Part shown: one piece after another, positions 61,501-64,000 of the stretch
Layout: every line of letters begins with the position of its first letter
Position numbering within the stretch: position 1 is the first letter of the stretch
Source: Camelus dromedarius
Taxonomy: Eukaryota
Assembly (NCBI RefSeq): GCF_036321535.1
Contig: NC_087437.1
Coordinates: 20,152,001 to 20,216,000 of the forward strand
DNA length: 64,000 nucleotides
Direction: 5' to 3'
Translations under genes and position numbers: made by a program
Notes under the pieces: generated by a model
Told to the model about the DNA's origin: nothing
Seen by the model: only the letters and a program-made list of their open reading frames with translations
The model's database searches: none

Positions 61501-63692
61501 TAAAACTTACCAATGCTGGCCTCTTATGAAGTAATTTATAAATAGTTGGATAACAGAATTGATTAGCCATCAAGGGCTAATTGTAGTTTTAAAAAAAAGT
61601 AAGAAAGAAAGCCACTATCACCACCACCACCACAAAAAACTGTCTCGGTGACTAACACTCTTTCATCAGTTTTTTTGTTTTTTGTTTTTTTTTCACGTGC
61701 CATTGTCTGGCAGCCCCAGGTGGGGCTAGGGGATAAGGATGCTCAGCTTTGCTCAGACGTTCAGGGACCCAAGATCCTTCCATCATTTGTCTCTGCCATT
61801 TTCAACCACAGAACAAAAGTTAGAATAGACACTTGAACACTGAAGGGTTTTATTAGCTAGACCAGAAAGCTCCATGCCTCACCCAGTCACACCTTTTTGG
61901 CCAGAATTTGATCACTAGTCCCCACCTAACCATGAGGGAAACAGTGATATGAGTTAAGCTGTGTGTCTAGGAGCAAAGGAAACAAGGTTAGGTGAACATA
62001 ACCAACATAAACATAGCGATGGCTCTACCGCAAGGATGCTGCATGGGGCACTTGTGCCCCCTCCAAGCCCACCTTTGTTAGCCCTTATCTCTTCTTTCCT
62101 GGTGTGAGTGATGTTCCTTCCTGCCCACTCTCAGAAACTCCTCTCCCCACACACATCTGTTCCTCCTGTGGGATCCCCACTTCCTGGCACACAGCCCTCT
62201 TGCGATCTCTGAGTTTCATCTGAGAGCACTGAATGGTACGTACCACGTGCAGTGCTAGCTACTTTGATACAGTGATTTCCAAGAGAAAGGGGCCAGCCTG
62301 GTCCGGCAACCACCAAGTGATAAAGGCAGAGGTGCCAGCCTGGTCCCCCAGCCTGCTGGGAAAGGAGGGGGTGCTCCCACGTTTCCAGAGCTGCCCGGAA
62401 GACCACTCAGAGGGACTGAGGTTGTCTGAGGTAGAGAGGAGGTGGGAACCTCACTCCCAGCTGCCTGTGGGCTGAGCTGCAAACACTCTTAGATCCGCTC
62501 CAGACTGGTGCAGGAGAGCTCTGGGGAGGTCTGACTTATGTCCCAGGAGTTTAGGGTACGTGAAAGCTGGGCCTGACTCTTGCCCAGTGAGTCTGAAGCC
62601 AAGAGGCTGATGGGGGCTGCCTCAATGGTGGGGTGAGGGGAGGGGGCGGCAGGGGGAAGGGGTGCCCTACTACAGTTTGGCAGAACACAGTTGTTTCCAT
62701 TCTTATTCCTGTGAATCAAATGGGTGTTCAGAAATGGTCAAGGTTAGAACCAAGAGGGCTGCATGCCAGGAAGGGGGGACCTGGCAGGAGAAGCAGATGT
62801 AGGGGAAGAGAAATTACTGAGAAAGCAGGAGCTGAAGGGAAACGTGAAATGCCGACTAGTAAAAAAATCATTCACACGATGTGTGGAGGGGCAAGAGCCA
62901 ACCACGTGGGACTGGAGCTGGCACATGTCCCAGCCATCCTGAAAGGGACTGTGTCACTTATCAGATCAATTCCTATGTAAAGATTATAACAGATCCTTTT
63001 TTACTGAGGGTGCGGGGGTTGAGGGTGGTAAGGGGAGGAGGAAAGGGCTGAAAATATATTTTACAAGGGCCCAGACCCATTTCTGTGGCCATGAGTGGTC
63101 TCTGCAGAGCCTCTCCAAAAGTCAGCCAATGCACTCATGAAGGAGCCTGTACATAGACACCACTGTGGCAGAGGACATTTGACATTCCTGGGAAAATGAC
63201 AAACTCTAATGGCTCTTTTCTTCTTATCTGCCTTCCTCTGCCTCTGACCATGACTGGAGCTGGGAGGAGGTTGGGGGGTGAGACTGAGGAACGAAAGGAG
63301 TAAAGAACAAACCTTCCTCATCCTTTCTCCACCAGTGGCCACCAAGCCATGGGTCAAGGCTGAGTGGAGAAGAGGGGAGATCTTTTAACTGATAAGACAC
63401 TAGTATTTAATTTGGGGAGAACCCTTCCAGACTAGTTTAATATCTGCAAGTGACTGGAAGACTTTAGAATCTGCCTGAGACTTGGGCTAAGAGAGAGAGG
63501 GGAGCTGCCAGGGACAACACTGAAGGACAGGAAAAGAAGCGGAGCTGATTCCTGAGCGTATCGTGTCACCAGCCCAATGAAGAACCAGTTACTCTGGTGT
63601 GGGTGATGACCACAGGCATCCAGCTAACAGAAGACAGGGGAGGGAGGCCAGAAGATGCTCAAGATGTCTCATGAGGTCTGTCTTCTCATTCT

Positions 63693-63828
63693 ATTTTTTT
63701 TTTTTTTGGTAGGGGGAGGTATTAAGGTGTATTCATTGATTTATTCTTAGAAGAGGTACTGGGGATTGAACCCAGGACCTCATGCATGCTAAGCATGCCC
63801 TCTACAACTTGAGCTATACCCTCCCCCC
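63693..63828 (-). mobile_element. Camelid tRNA-derived SINE (Vic-1 type)
   Basis: Reverse complement gggggagggtatagctcaagttgtagag (A box)...gaggtcctgggttcaatccccagtacctc (B box)...polyA; TSD tgtcttctcattct (63679-63692) / tgtcctttcattct (63830-63843). Confidence 0.9.
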
Positions 63829-64000
63829 TTGTCCTTTCATTCTTCCTCTGCCTCCTCACCACAACTTCTCCTGACTCCAAAGGAAACTAAAAGGGAGAAG
63901 TCTTCTCTCTATATCTTCCTGACAGTTATCAACAGAAACTATAGGGAATCAATTAGGCAATAGTGAGGGAGACTGGAAATATTTAGCAAAACCTCCATAA

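Noticed and set aside
63750..63828. Possible tRNA gene on the - strand
   Set aside because: It is the tRNA-derived head of a SINE, with a polyA tail and TSDs.
1..64000. Prokaryotic-type systems (CRISPR arrays, operons, defence islands) or a novel multi-gene system
   Set aside because: The window is a spliced mammalian gene interior; no regularly spaced repeat-spacer array and no credible coding sequence beyond CLSTN2 exons and TE relics.

Overview
This is mammalian genomic DNA, almost certainly camelid (a Vic-1-type tRNA-derived SINE and cetartiodactyl-type L1 3' ends are present). It is the interior of the calsyntenin-2 gene (CLSTN2, + strand). Five coding exons (196, 209, 150, 186 and 249 bp; most likely exons 3-7) splice via canonical AG/GT sites into one stop-free 330-codon frame covering the cadherin repeats and the start of the LamG/LNS-like domain. 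The rest is intron, filled with MIR, L2, L1, hAT/Tigger fossils, solo LTRs and microsatellites. The most structured non-genic object is an antisense, degenerate two-LTR endogenous retrovirus at 25796-30920. It has a perfect tRNA-Leu PBS, a PPT, and gag and env-TM remnants, and its 3' LTR carries an L1 tip that itself contains a younger solo LTR. Other leads are inverted L1 copies bracketing exons 3-4 (circRNA hypothesis), a sense MER41-like LTR with an apparently disabled polyA signal, and non-B-DNA tracts. I see no convincing new protein-coding gene or novel multi-gene system; apart from the exon-spanning ORFs and one transposase remnant, the ORF track is noise. Repeat family names come from recalled consensus similarity, not a database search, and repeat boundaries are approximate unless TSDs are given.
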